Of a stretch of 64,000 nt of DNA, positions 23,080 through 34,538 are shown piece after piece. Where the stretch lies: positions 64,001-128,000 of the forward strand of contig JAYZQJ010000069.1 of NCBI GenBank assembly GCA_036149055.1, in the 5' to 3' direction. A model generated the notes under the pieces. The model was not told the DNA's origin. It did no database searches and saw only the letters and a program-made list of their open reading frames with translations. The position numbers were made by a program, and so were the translations under genes. Source of the DNA: Myxococcota bacterium (GTDB taxonomy: Bacteria; Myxococcota_A; Polyangia; Polyangiales; Sandaracinaceae). Each line of letters starts with the position of its first letter. The first letter of the stretch is position 1.

Positions 23080-24704
23080 GCGTCCTCCTCGAGGCGGCGG
23101 ACGAGCCGGTCGAGCGTCTCGGCCGCGTCCATCTTGCGGTGCAGGAAGGCGTCGGCGTCGAGCCCCTCGCGCGGCGCGCCGGCGGCCACCACCGCGCGCG
23201 CCCCGGCCTCCCGGAGCTTCGGCGCCAGCGCCTTCAGGGTCGGCTCGGTCTCCTCGTCGGAGGCGCAGACGCAGACGATCGGGGCGGCGGACGCGTGGGC
23301 TTCGAGGGCGGCGTCGGCGGACGCGGCCGGGTCGAGCACCTCGACGTCGAAGCCTCCGACCTCGAGCGCCTCGCGCGCGAAGTCCATGCGGGGCTTGATC
23401 GCGCGGGCCTCACCGACGCCGATCACCACCGCGCGCCGGCTCGGCGCCCGCTGGGCGCGGGCCCGGAGCGCCTCGAACGGGCCCGCCTCCACGACCGGCG
23501 CGAGCGGGCTCGGGGCCGGCTCGGCGCGCTCGCTCGGGGGCGTGGGGCCCGCGTAGCGGTTCACGCCGACCAGGCCGCGCCGCCGGGTCGCCACCGCCTC
23601 GCGGCGCGCCTCGGCGCTCTCGGCGACGCGCTCGGCCCAGGAGCCGTCCTTCAGCGCGCGCTCCGCGCCGCCGAGGTGCTCGAGCTCCTGGAAGATCGAC
23701 CACGCCTCACGCGCCAGGCCATCGGTCAGCCGCTCGTAGGCGTAGCTGCCGCCGGCGGGGTCGACGACGTGGCCGAGGTGGCACTCGTGCCGGAGCAGGT
23801 GCTGGGTGGTGCGCGCGAGGTGCGCCGCCTGGGCGGAGGCGCCGCCGGTCGGGGCGTCGAAGGGCGCGACGTGCACCGACTGCGCGCCGCCGATCACCCC
23901 CGCGAACGCCATCGTCGTCCCGCGGAGGAGGTTGGTGTGCGGCTCGAGGACCGAGAGGCCGCGGTGCGAGCCGAACGCGTCGATCCAGGCCCCCTCCCCC
24001 TCGACGCCGAGCGCGCGGACCACCTTCGACCAGAGCAGCCGGGCGGCGCGCAGCTTCGCGATGCCGACCACGAAGTCGGCGTCGAGCGCGAACGCGAAGC
24101 GCATGCGGTCGGGGAGCGCGGCCAGCGCGGCGCCCCGCTCGGACAGCTGGCGGAGCTGCTCCAGCCCGGCCGCGCAGGCCCAGGCGAGCTCCAGCACCGC
24201 CGACGCGCCCGCCTCGTGCGCGCCCCGGCAGTCGACGAGCAGGCTCCGCGACGCGCCCTCGGCGAGCGAGAGCGCCGCGTCCCACGCGCCGTCGTCGTCC
24301 GGGGCGGCCAGCGGATCGAAGACCGGGACCGCCGGCGCGGCGGCCGCGCGCCCCTCGCCGATCCACGCGACGTCGATGCCTTCGACCAATGCCGCGGTGA
24401 CCTCGCCCCGCACCCACAGCTGCTCGGCGCCCTCGCGGGCCGCGGCCTCGGCCTGCGAGCGGTCGGCGTCGATCACCTGACCGATCCGCCAGACCCCGAG
24501 GTCCCGGCCGCGGGCGAAGGGCGCTCGCCCTGGCGCGCTCCGCGGCGGCGGCGCCTCCTCGGCGGTGGAGAGCGCGGGCAGGGACACCCCGTCGAGCAGC
24601 CTCCGGTCGAGGCTGTCCGGGTCCCTGCCCGAGAGATCGGCGGTGACCTTCGCGCGCCAGGTCGCGAGGTCTACCGCCTCGAAGGGGATCTGGGTCTCGG
24701 GCAC
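23076..24704 (-). CDS. mutA: Methylmalonyl-CoA mutase small subunit
   Basis: [36 protein letters not shown]; adjacent to large subunit. Confidence 0.9.
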
Positions 24705-24804
24705 TCGGGTCTCCGTCGTCGGGGCGCTGCCCCATCATGGGTCACGAGCCCTCCCCGAGCCCGTGCTCGGCCGTCACGTAGGCGCGTCAGCCAGGGTCAC
24801 GATC

Positions 24805-27072
24805 TCAGTCGCCGCCGCCCCCGCCGCCTCCGCGGCGTCGGCGCCCGCCCCGCCGCCGGCGGGCCCGGGGCTTGGGCTTCTCGTCCTCTTCGGCGTCTTC
24901 GTCGTCGGTCGAGTCCTCGTCCGAATCGTCGTCGTCCGAGTCCTCGTCGTCGTCCGAGTCCTCGTCTTCGTCCGAATCCTCGTCGTCTTCGTCGTCGTCC
25001 GAGTCCTCGTCGTCTTCGTCGTCGTCCGAGTCCTCGTCGTCTTCGTCGTCGTCCGAATCCTCGTCGTCTTCGTCGTCCGAATCCTCGTCGTCTTCGTCGT
25101 CGTCCGAATCCTCGTCTTCGTCGTCGTCCGAGTCCTCGTCGTCTTCGTCGTCGTCCGAGTCCTCGTCGTCTTCGTCGTCGTCCGAGTCCTCGTCGTCCGA
25201 GTCTTCGTCCTCGTCGTCGTCCGAGTCCTCGTCGTCCTGCTCGACGTCCTCGCCCTCGTCGGACGCGTCCGCCTCGGTCTCCTCGGCGTCGTCGCTCGAG
25301 TCCTCGTCTTCGGCGCCGTCCTCGCCGGACTCGTCCTCGTCGTCCGACTCCTCGTCGGACTTGGCCTCCGCCTCGTCCTTGCCGCGGCGACGGCGGCGGC
25401 GGCGACGGCGGCGACGACCGCGGCCCTCCTCTTCGCCGTCCTCGTCCTCCGAGTCGTCGGTGTCGTCGGCGCTCTTGGCGGGGGCCTCGTCCTCGGACGC
25501 CGCCTCCTCCTTGGCCGACTCCTCCCGGCGCCCGTCGTCGTCCCGATCCCGGCCGCGACGGCGCCCGCCCCCGCCGAGGTCCTCGGGCTCTCCGCGCAGC
25601 GCGTCCAGCAGGTCCATGTCCACGCCCGCCAGCAGCAGCGGCACGGGGCGCAGCCCGACGCCGCGCGTCTCGAGCGCCTCGGCGAGCCCGCCGCCGTCGT
25701 AGAGGACGCAGGGCGGAGCGCCGGCGACGCCGACCTCCTCGCGCGCCTTGGCGCTCACCCGGCCGGTGGTCACGACCCACGCCGCGCTGGCGTTGCCGTA
25801 GTGATGCAGCGCCCCGCGGACCTCGACGATCCGCTCGGCGTCGAGCTCGCGGCCGTCGCGGAGCACGAGGATCGCGAGGTGCACCTCCTCGTGGCCGCGG
25901 CGCAGCGTGCCGGCGAGGTGGAGCTCGTGGCCGGAGCTCCCCGGACGGCGGACCGCCCGGAGCGAGCCCACGCCTTCGGCGTTCAGCCAGGTCGCGAGCA
26001 GCTCCACGAAGCCGCCGGCCGGCAGCTCCTCGAGCTTGCGGAGGAAGGCGCGGTGCACGTCGCGGCGCTGCTTCTCCACCGCGGCGCGGGCGTCGCGCTC
26101 GAAGCGGCCGGCGTCGCGCGGCAGGTACCACTCGGTCAGCGCCAGCTCTCCGTCGACGTCGCGGAACCGCGCGCCCGCGTGGTCGCGCAGCCGGTCGGCC
26201 CGGATCGCGGCCGACAGCGTCGGGGCGAGCGCGCCCGGCGAGCCGGACAGGCGCCCCTTGCTGATCAGCAGCTCCGCCGCGCGCGCGTAGCTCACCGGCT
26301 CGCGGCGCTGGCCGGAGAGGGCCTGGTAGACGGCGTCGGCGAGATCGCGGCCGAGGAGATCGCCCTCCTCCGGCGTGCGGCTCATGTCGAGCTTCTCGCG
26401 GTCCTTGCGGCGCCCGCCGCGCTTCCGGTCGCGGTCGCGGTCCGAGCGGCGGCCGCCCCGATCGTCGCGATCTCGATCCCGATCGCGATCCCGGTCTCCG
26501 CCGCGATCCCCGCCGCGGTCGTTCCGATCCCGGCGGTCGTCCCCCTTGCCGCGACGCTTGCGCCGGCGCCGTCGGCGCCCACCGCGACCGTCCCCGTCGT
26601 CGTCGCCGCCGCCCCCGGAGCCGCCGCCTCCCCCGCCGGAGCCGCCGCCCCCGCCGCCCTTGTTGGGCTCGTCCACCTTGGCGAGGATCGGCTCGTCGTC
26701 GTCCTCCTCCTCGGGGAACACGTCGGCGCCGGGGAGCTTGCGACGGTCCACCGTGCGCTCCTCCTCACCGTCGGCCTTGGGCTCCGGGTCGGGCAGGCTC
26801 TCGATGTCGACGTCGAAGTCGCTGTCGGCGAGGGCCAGGGTCTTCTTGTCGAACTCGCGGAGGGCGAACACGCCAGGCTTCACCTTGACGATCGGCTCCT
26901 CGCCGCGGTCCTTCTTGATCATCGTCGCGAGGCGCGAGCTCATCGTCATGTCGGGCGCCTTGCCGACGTGCGAGAGCATGTTCTTCGCGATCGCGATCTC
27001 CGTGATCTTCTTGTAGTGGAGGGGCCGGCCCACCAGCCGGAGCACCTCGACGGCAGCTTCCGTGAACGTCAT
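24805..27072 (-). CDS. HARE-HTH protein with degenerate Mrr-like restriction endonuclease domain and long acidic tail
   Basis: MTFTEAAVEVLR..LHYKKITEIAI..GKAP..TMSSRL (HARE-HTH); second wHTH-like region; Mrr-like FVELL...EVRGAL..VTTG..LYDGGGLAEAL. Confidence 0.75.
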   Translation of the reverse strand: MTFTEAAVEVLRLVGRPLHYKKITEIAIAKNMLSHVGKAPDMTMSSRLATMIKKDRGEEPIVKVKPGVFALREFDKKTLALADSDFDVDIESLPDPEPKADGEEERTVDRRKLPGADVFPEEEDDDEPILAKVDEPNKGGGGGGSGGGGGGSGGGGDDDGDGRGGRRRRRRKRRGKGDDRRDRNDRGGDRGGDRDRDRDRDRDDRGGRRSDRDRDRKRGGRRKDREKLDMSRTPEEGDLLGRDLADAVYQALSGQRREPVSYARAAELLISKGRLSGSPGALAPTLSAAIRADRLRDHAGARFRDVDGELALTEWYLPRDAGRFERDARAAVEKQRRDVHRAFLRKLEELPAGGFVELLATWLNAEGVGSLRAVRRPGSSGHELHLAGTLRRGHEEVHLAILVLRDGRELDAERIVEVRGALHHYGNASAAWVVTTGRVSAKAREEVGVAGAPPCVLYDGGGLAEALETRGVGLRPVPLLLAGVDMDLLDALRGEPEDLGGGGRRRGRDRDDDGRREESAKEEAASEDEAPAKSADDTDDSEDEDGEEEGRGRRRRRRRRRRRGKDEAEAKSDEESDDEDESGEDGAEDEDSSDDAEETEADASDEGEDVEQDDEDSDDDEDEDSDDEDSDDDEDDEDSDDDEDDEDSDDDEDEDSDDDEDDEDSDDEDDEDSDDDEDDEDSDDDEDDEDSDDDEDDEDSDEDEDSDDDEDSDDDDSDEDSTDDEDAEEDEKPKPRARRRRGGRRRRGGGGGGGD
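24890..25240 (-). repeat. Imperfect coding tandem repeat of about 27 bp (SDDDEDDED)n
   Basis: Repeated tccgagtcctcgtcgtcttcgtcgtcg units; boundaries approximate. Confidence 0.9.
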
Positions 27073-27270
27073 CTCTCTCCGAGAAAGGCGCGGCGCGCCG
27101 TGCGCGACCGCGGCAGAGCCGGGGCGGTAGCGCGTCGCGCCCGAGCCGCCCCGGAGAGCTTCGAGACCGACGGAGCGAGCGCCCCGCGGGCCGGACCGCG
27201 CCCCCTCAGCGGGGCATCGGACGAGGCGGGCCGGACGCTACCACCCGCCCCCACCCCACGCAATCCTCCT

Positions 27271-28158
27271 CTACTGCCCCGCGAACTGGAGGATGGGGTA
27301 GTCGACGAAGCCGCCGTTGCGGGAGATCACCCGCACCGGGACCTCCTCGCCGCGCCGGACCGCGAGCGCCGCGAGCGCCTGGGCGGGCATGAAGACGAGG
27401 TCGGCCGGCTCCTCGCCGCCGGCGTGCTTGCAGCGCACCGTCATGCGGTTCTGGATGCCGGCCGGGTAGCTGCGCCGGCGGCGGTCGTTCGGCTGCACCA
27501 GCTCGATCTCGTCGGCGAAGGCGACCGCGCATTCCTGGGTCGAGCCGACGAGGCCGGGCTCCTCGCGCAGGTTGGTCAGGTCGAAGCCGTTGGCGACCGA
27601 GGCCGGCTGGGCCCGCGGCGCGGCGTGAGCCAGCTCGGGGTTGTCCCCCTCGACCCGGACGAACTGGACCACCGGGTAGTCGAAGTAGCCGCCGTCCGCG
27701 GCCAGCACCCGGATGCGCACCCGCTTGCCGCGGCGCACCTCGTCCACGCTCGAGGCCGACTCGGGGCTGAAGACCAGATCGGCCCAGCCCTCCCCGGTCG
27801 GCGCGTGGCACTTGATGGCCATGCGGTGCGCGGCGTCGAAGTCGTAGCGGCTGGCCTCGCGGCCCTCGACCGCCTCGGGACGTCCGCTGAAGATGACGTC
27901 GCAGGCTTGCTCCGTATCGAGATGGACACCGGGCTGGACCCGGACGAGCCGGATGTCGAAGCCGGCGCCGGGATCCCCGCTCGCCCCGCCGGCCGGCTGC
28001 ACGGCGGGCTGGGCGGGGTGGATGGAGCGACGCGCCGCCTGCTCCGGCTCGTCGGGCTGCCCGTGGGTCCGGGAGCTCTGGGTGTGACGGAACGGGTTGA
28101 CGCAGCACCCCGTCAGCAGGGCGCTCCCGAGCAGAGCCAAGGCGATCGCGGGCCGCAT
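27271..28158 (-). CDS. Lipoprotein with internally duplicated domain of about 100 aa
   Basis: Lipobox LTGC; two repeats each ending GG(Y/F)xDYP(V/I)xQF. Confidence 0.8.
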   Translation of the reverse strand: MRPAIALALLGSALLTGCCVNPFRHTQSSRTHGQPDEPEQAARRSIHPAQPAVQPAGGASGDPGAGFDIRLVRVQPGVHLDTEQACDVIFSGRPEAVEGREASRYDFDAAHRMAIKCHAPTGEGWADLVFSPESASSVDEVRRGKRVRIRVLAADGGYFDYPVVQFVRVEGDNPELAHAAPRAQPASVANGFDLTNLREEPGLVGSTQECAVAFADEIELVQPNDRRRRSYPAGIQNRMTVRCKHAGGEEPADLVFMPAQALAALAVRRGEEVPVRVISRNGGFVDYPILQFAGQ

Positions 28159-28192
28159 CTCGCGCTCGGGCTACGGCCCGCGCCGCCGCCTG

Positions 28193-29194
28193 TCAACCAG
28201 CCGCGACCGTGGGCTCGTCCGACGCCTGCGGCGGCTCGGACGGGCGCTCGGCGAGGGCCTCGGCGCAGCCGACGGTGGCCCGGTCGAGGATCGCCTCGCA
28301 GAGATCGGCGTACTCGTAGCCGGCGCCGGCCGCGATCTTGGGGAGGAGCGAGGTCGGGGTGAGGCCCGGGAGGGTGTTCACCTCGAGCACGTACTCGTTC
28401 TCGCCCTCGGTCACGAGCATGTCGACGCGCGCGGCGCTGGTGACGCCCAGGCACGCGGCGGCGCGCTCGGCGATGTTGAGCACGCCCTTGTAGCGGGTCG
28501 GGGTGAGGCGGGCCGGGAAGTGATACTCGCTCTGGCCGGCCTGGTACTTCGAGCGGTAGTCGTAGAACTGCCCGCGCGGCACGATCTCGATGGCGCCCAG
28601 GGCGCGCCCGTCCAGGATGCCGACCTGGATCTCGCGGCCGCCCACGAAGCGCTCGACGAGCACCGAGCGGTCGAACTGGGCGGCGTCCACGATCCGCGCG
28701 CGCAGCTCGTCCATGCTCGAGGCCTTGCCGGCGCCCACGCTGGAGCCCGCCCGGCGCGGCTTCACGAACGCCGGGTAGCCGAACGAGCCGTGGGTCTCTT
28801 CGAGCCGCGCGAGGTCCGAGGCGTCCACCGTGTAGTACGGCGGGGTCGGGACGTTGTAGAGGCGGAACAGCTCCTTGCTCTTGAGCTTGTCCATCGCGAG
28901 CGCGCTCGCGAGCACCCCGCTGCCCGTGTAGGGGATGCCCATCAGCTCGAGCATGCCCTGGACGCAGCCGTCCTCACCGTAGGGACCGTGGAGCGCGATG
29001 AAGGCCACGTCGATCGGGCTCTGGCGGAGGACCCGGTCGAGATCGCGGTCGACGTAGATGCGCTGGACGTCGTAGCCGCGCTCGGTCAGCGCCTTGGCCA
29101 CGCCCTCACCGGTCTTGAGCGAGATCTCTCGCTCCGAGCCCAGGCCTCCCAGCAGAACCCCGACGCGCGCGCCCTTGAAATTCTCTGCGTTCAT
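28193..29194 (-). CDS. ddl: D-alanine--D-alanine ligase
   Basis: SEREISL, LHGPYGEDG, MDK, GSSVG, YDYRSKY, EVNTLPG. Confidence 0.93.
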   Translation of the reverse strand: MNAENFKGARVGVLLGGLGSEREISLKTGEGVAKALTERGYDVQRIYVDRDLDRVLRQSPIDVAFIALHGPYGEDGCVQGMLELMGIPYTGSGVLASALAMDKLKSKELFRLYNVPTPPYYTVDASDLARLEETHGSFGYPAFVKPRRAGSSVGAGKASSMDELRARIVDAAQFDRSVLVERFVGGREIQVGILDGRALGAIEIVPRGQFYDYRSKYQAGQSEYHFPARLTPTRYKGVLNIAERAAACLGVTSAARVDMLVTEGENEYVLEVNTLPGLTPTSLLPKIAAGAGYEYADLCEAILDRATVGCAEALAERPSEPPQASDEPTVAAG

Positions 29195-29419
29195 CGCTCT
29201 ACAGCTCCTCTCGCCCGAGGGGCGATGCGAAGGCCGGGCCAGCGGCGCGACCTTCTCTCTTTTCGGCAGGTTGGGAGTCCGGGCCCGGGTGAAGCGTGTC
29301 CGGTCGAACACGCTCGCGAATCCCTACGTGCTCGGTACTCCGCGCCGTCGAACGCCGTCAAGAAACCGGAGAAGCGCTCCGTCTAGCACAGTCCCGGGGT
29401 CGGGCCGCGGAAAAACCAG

Positions 29420-31135
29420 TCACTCCCCGGGCACGTCCTCGCTTGCGGACATGCCCGGCCGCTCGGTCGGCTCGGGGGACGCCGCTCGAGGCTCCCCGGT
29501 CCCGAGCACGTGGAGCACGACCCGGCCCCGGCCGTTGTGGTGGAGCTCCAGGGTCAGGGCCTCCCGCTCTTCCGCGCACCGCGCGACCGTCGCGTAGGTG
29601 TCCGGCCCCGAGTCGCTCACCACCAGCGCGCCGTCGTTCGAGCGCAGGTAGAGGTCGAGGTCCTCCGCCTCCGCGTCGCCGGCCGCGGCCACCGCGACGC
29701 ACTCGCCGCCCTCGATCACCAGCGCGCGCCGGAACGGCGGCCCGTCGCGGAGCTCGGTGTTGAGCACGAAGCGCGGCGCGTACCCCCGCAGCCGGTAGGG
29801 CGCGGTGGCCTCCTCGACCCGCAGCGCCTGGATGGAGCGCACGCCCTCGGGGGCCCGGAGCAGCGCGAGCGCGTAGGCGCCGTCCCGCCCGTAGCCCTTC
29901 ACCGCGACGCGCATCACCGCCGGCTGGTCGCGGCAGGCGCGGACCCGCGCGGTCGACTGCACGGCGGTGTCCCGGTCGACCTCCCGCCCGCCGTCGTCGG
30001 CCAGGTAGAGATCGAGGTCCATGCCCTCGTGCGACGCCGCGCCGGCGATCAGCGCGCACCCGGGGCCGATGACGACGTCGTGGGTGCGCACCTCCCCGGG
30101 CACGATCGCGGCGTCGCGGCTCACGAAGAGCGGCGGCGCGAAGCCCCGGTTCTGGAGCGGCGCCGCCATCACCCCCAGGGCCAGCGCCGGATCGTCGCCC
30201 CGCTGCTCGAGGGCCTCGGGCGCCTCCTCCGGCGCCACGTCGGGCTCCGCCGCCGGGCCCGAGGCCACCATCACCCCGACCGCGCCCGCCCCCTCGAAGG
30301 CGCGCAGCTCCACGGTGTGCCGGCCGGCCTCGGTCGGGCAGTGCTCGATCGACGGCTCGGCGTCCTGGGCGAGGTCGCGGGCGACTTCCACCCCGGCGGC
30401 GTCGAAGAGGAAGAGATCGATGTCGCGCAGCCCCTCGCCGCTCCGGCCGGTGGCCACGTAGCAGCGGCCCGGCTCCAGGGTCACCGCCAGCCGCACCACC
30501 GAGCCCTCGGTCACCCGCTCGAGCAGGGGCGTGCCGACCGGGGTGAACCCGCGGGCTCGGAGCGCGCTCCGGCTGCGGGCCAGGTGCTCCTCCACGTCCC
30601 GGAACGGCACCCGCGGGGCGAGCACCCCCTCGAAGAGCCCATCGAAGCCGTCGCCCACCCCGGGCTCGCTCCGGAAGTGCGCGACCATCACCGCGCCGGC
30701 GCCCTCGCGCGCCCGGACGACCAGGTGGTGCGGGCGCACCTGCGCGGGCCCCTCGCCCTGCGGGCAGACGTGCACGAGCCCGCCCTCCCCGTCGATCGAC
30801 TCGGTGGCCGCCACGTCGCCCTGCCCGTCGTGCAGGGTCAGGGTCAGGTCGCGGATCGAGCCGCCGCCGAGCGCGAGGAAGGTGCTGCACTTGCCGACCC
30901 CGAGGTCGAGCGGGAACGACACCCCGCGATCCTCGAGCACGAACGCCCGGGTCAGGCCGATCTCCTCGCCGTAGCCCCGGCGGTGCATGCGCTGCCGCAG
31001 CCGCGCGTGTCGCCGGTTCAGGGCGTCGAGCGGGCCCGCCTCGTCCGGCAGCAGGCTGAGCGGACGCTCGGGCGAGGCCTCGGGCGTGCCGCAGGCGGCG
31101 AGCGCCACCGCGACCGCCAGGACCGCCGGCCTCAT
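29420..31135 (-). CDS. Lipoprotein with four repeated beta-sandwich-like (PPC-like) domains
   Basis: Lipobox LAAC; four GxC..D(L/I)(D/T)LxLxD..C modules. Confidence 0.75.
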   Translation of the reverse strand: MRPAVLAVAVALAACGTPEASPERPLSLLPDEAGPLDALNRRHARLRQRMHRRGYGEEIGLTRAFVLEDRGVSFPLDLGVGKCSTFLALGGGSIRDLTLTLHDGQGDVAATESIDGEGGLVHVCPQGEGPAQVRPHHLVVRAREGAGAVMVAHFRSEPGVGDGFDGLFEGVLAPRVPFRDVEEHLARSRSALRARGFTPVGTPLLERVTEGSVVRLAVTLEPGRCYVATGRSGEGLRDIDLFLFDAAGVEVARDLAQDAEPSIEHCPTEAGRHTVELRAFEGAGAVGVMVASGPAAEPDVAPEEAPEALEQRGDDPALALGVMAAPLQNRGFAPPLFVSRDAAIVPGEVRTHDVVIGPGCALIAGAASHEGMDLDLYLADDGGREVDRDTAVQSTARVRACRDQPAVMRVAVKGYGRDGAYALALLRAPEGVRSIQALRVEEATAPYRLRGYAPRFVLNTELRDGPPFRRALVIEGGECVAVAAAGDAEAEDLDLYLRSNDGALVVSDSGPDTYATVARCAEEREALTLELHHNGRGRVVLHVLGTGEPRAASPEPTERPGMSASEDVPGE

Positions 31136-31680
31136 CGCGCCTCGCGAGGCGGCTCGGCTGGCGCGTCGCGGAAGAGATCGTCGATGCGCACCTCGAGCCC
31201 GGTGGGGCCGCGGAAGGTCCGCACCTCGAACAGGCCGCTCCCCGCCGCCGCGCGCACGGCCACGAAGTAGGTGCCGGACTGGGCCGGGCAGAACCGCAGC
31301 GCGGCCATCGGGCCGTCCATCGCGTCCTGCACGACCTCGCCGCCGTCGCTGTCGAAGACCCGCAGGTTCAGCTCGCGCAGGGCCGAGGACGCCGCGCCGA
31401 GCACCAGATAGCAGGTGCCGGCGCGCATCGGCTGCTCGCGCACGTCGGCCGCCTGATCCACCAGGAACCCGCGCCACGGCTCCCCGAGCACGCTGAAGCC
31501 GCGGGTGCGCACGACGCCCGAGGCGCTCTCCATCGCGCGCTGCACCCTGGGCGAGCGGAAGTCCGCCGCGCGGGGCGCCTCGTCCACGGTCTCGGGCTCG
31601 ATCGCGGGATCGGGCGACGCGACCACCCCGGCGTCGCAGGCGGTGAGCGCGATCAGCGAGAGGAGGGCCGAGGTCCGCAC
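31132..31680 (-). CDS. Lipoprotein with one copy of the same domain
   Basis: LTAC lipobox; GTCY..ELNLRVFDSDG..FCP; ATGA overlap with downstream gene. Confidence 0.75.
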   Translation of the reverse strand: MRTSALLSLIALTACDAGVVASPDPAIEPETVDEAPRAADFRSPRVQRAMESASGVVRTRGFSVLGEPWRGFLVDQAADVREQPMRAGTCYLVLGAASSALRELNLRVFDSDGGEVVQDAMDGPMAALRFCPAQSGTYFVAVRAAAGSGLFEVRTFRGPTGLEVRIDDLFRDAPAEPPREAR

Positions 31681-31713
31681 GCCGGAGGATCTAGCAGAGT
31701 CCCGGCGCGCCAC

Positions 31714-32631
31714 CTATTCGGGGAGCGGCGGGAGGTTGAGGGGCACGCCGCCGCCCTGCCCGCCCCCGCTCTGGCGCTCGCGGATCTCCTGGATCGCGGC
31801 GTCGATGGCGCTGCGCACGGAGCTGGTGCGCTCCACCGCCCGTCGCTCGCGCAGGGCAGGGATCACGAGCGCGTCCCCGACTCGCCCGAGCGACTGGACG
31901 GCGCGGGCCCGGATCTGGGTGTCGTCGAAGCGGAGGAGGCGGACCAGCGCGTCGACCTTCTCGGGCCCCTCGAGGGCGCTGAGCGCGTTGATCGCCTCGA
32001 GGCGCTCGTCCATGTCGCGGTCGCCGTCGCGCGCGAAGGCCTCCAGCGCCTGCACCGCGGCCGGATCGCGCAGGCGGCCGAGGCTACGGATCGCGTCGAG
32101 CCGGACGTCCTTCTCGGGATCGCGGAGCAAGGTCACGAGCGGCTGGGTGGCCCGGCGGTCCCGGATCACGCCGAGCGCGAGCGCGGCCCACTGGCGCGCC
32201 GCCGCCTCCTGGTCGCGGAGCAGCTCCAGCAGCGCGGGGACCGCGGCCGGATCGGGCAGGCGCCAGATCGCGGCCGCCGCCACCACCCGCACGTCGACCA
32301 CCGGGTCGCGCAGGGCCCGCACGAGATCGGGCACCGCGTCGCGCGCCGCCAGCCGGCCGAGGGCGCGACCGGAGGAGGCCCTCACCCGCCAGTCCCGGTC
32401 CTCCCGGATGCGGGTCCGGAGCAGCGGCACCACGACCTCGCGGTGGTCATACCCGCGCCGGCCGAGGAGATCGGCGGCGCGGGCGCGCTCCTCGGGGCTG
32501 CCCTCGTTCAGCTGGGCGGTGGCCGCGCGCAGCTCCGCCTCTCCCAGATCCTGCGCGGCGCAGGGGCCTGGCGAGAGCAGCAGGGCGGCGGCCGCGGACA
32601 GCATCGCCGCTCGCAAGACGGTGCGAGTCAC
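31714..32631 (-). CDS. Secreted HEAT-repeat protein
   Basis: Signal peptide; repeated VR..AA.ALG..D..AV..L units. Confidence 0.85.
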   Translation of the reverse strand: MTRTVLRAAMLSAAAALLLSPGPCAAQDLGEAELRAATAQLNEGSPEERARAADLLGRRGYDHREVVVPLLRTRIREDRDWRVRASSGRALGRLAARDAVPDLVRALRDPVVDVRVVAAAAIWRLPDPAAVPALLELLRDQEAAARQWAALALGVIRDRRATQPLVTLLRDPEKDVRLDAIRSLGRLRDPAAVQALEAFARDGDRDMDERLEAINALSALEGPEKVDALVRLLRFDDTQIRARAVQSLGRVGDALVIPALRERRAVERTSSVRSAIDAAIQEIRERQSGGGQGGGVPLNLPPLPE

Positions 32632-32711
32632 GGTCAGATCCCCCGGGGCCCGAGCCCAAGACCGGCTGGTGGGCCTCGTTCAATGTACCACAGACGGAAC
32701 GGCGCCCCGGT

Positions 32712-34457
<1,746 letters not shown>

Positions 34458-34538
34458 GGGTCGGGACCTCGCGCCGAGCGTACCGCGAAACGGAGCCCGC
34501 GTTGACCGTGCCGAGGCCCGGTGCTAGCTCGCGCGCGC

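Noticed and set aside
24705..24804. Cobalamin riboswitch upstream of mutA (and FMN riboswitch near rib genes)
   Set aside because: No recognisable conserved riboswitch motifs, and the spacers are short.
24890..25240. Possible CRISPR array
   Set aside because: Contiguous in-frame repeats without unique spacers; no cas genes.
24565..28362. 1265-aa plus-strand ORF with VLVVFVVVR repeats, and poly-Ser ORF 24872-25702
   Set aside because: Antisense shadows of the acidic repeat in the minus-strand HARE-HTH gene.
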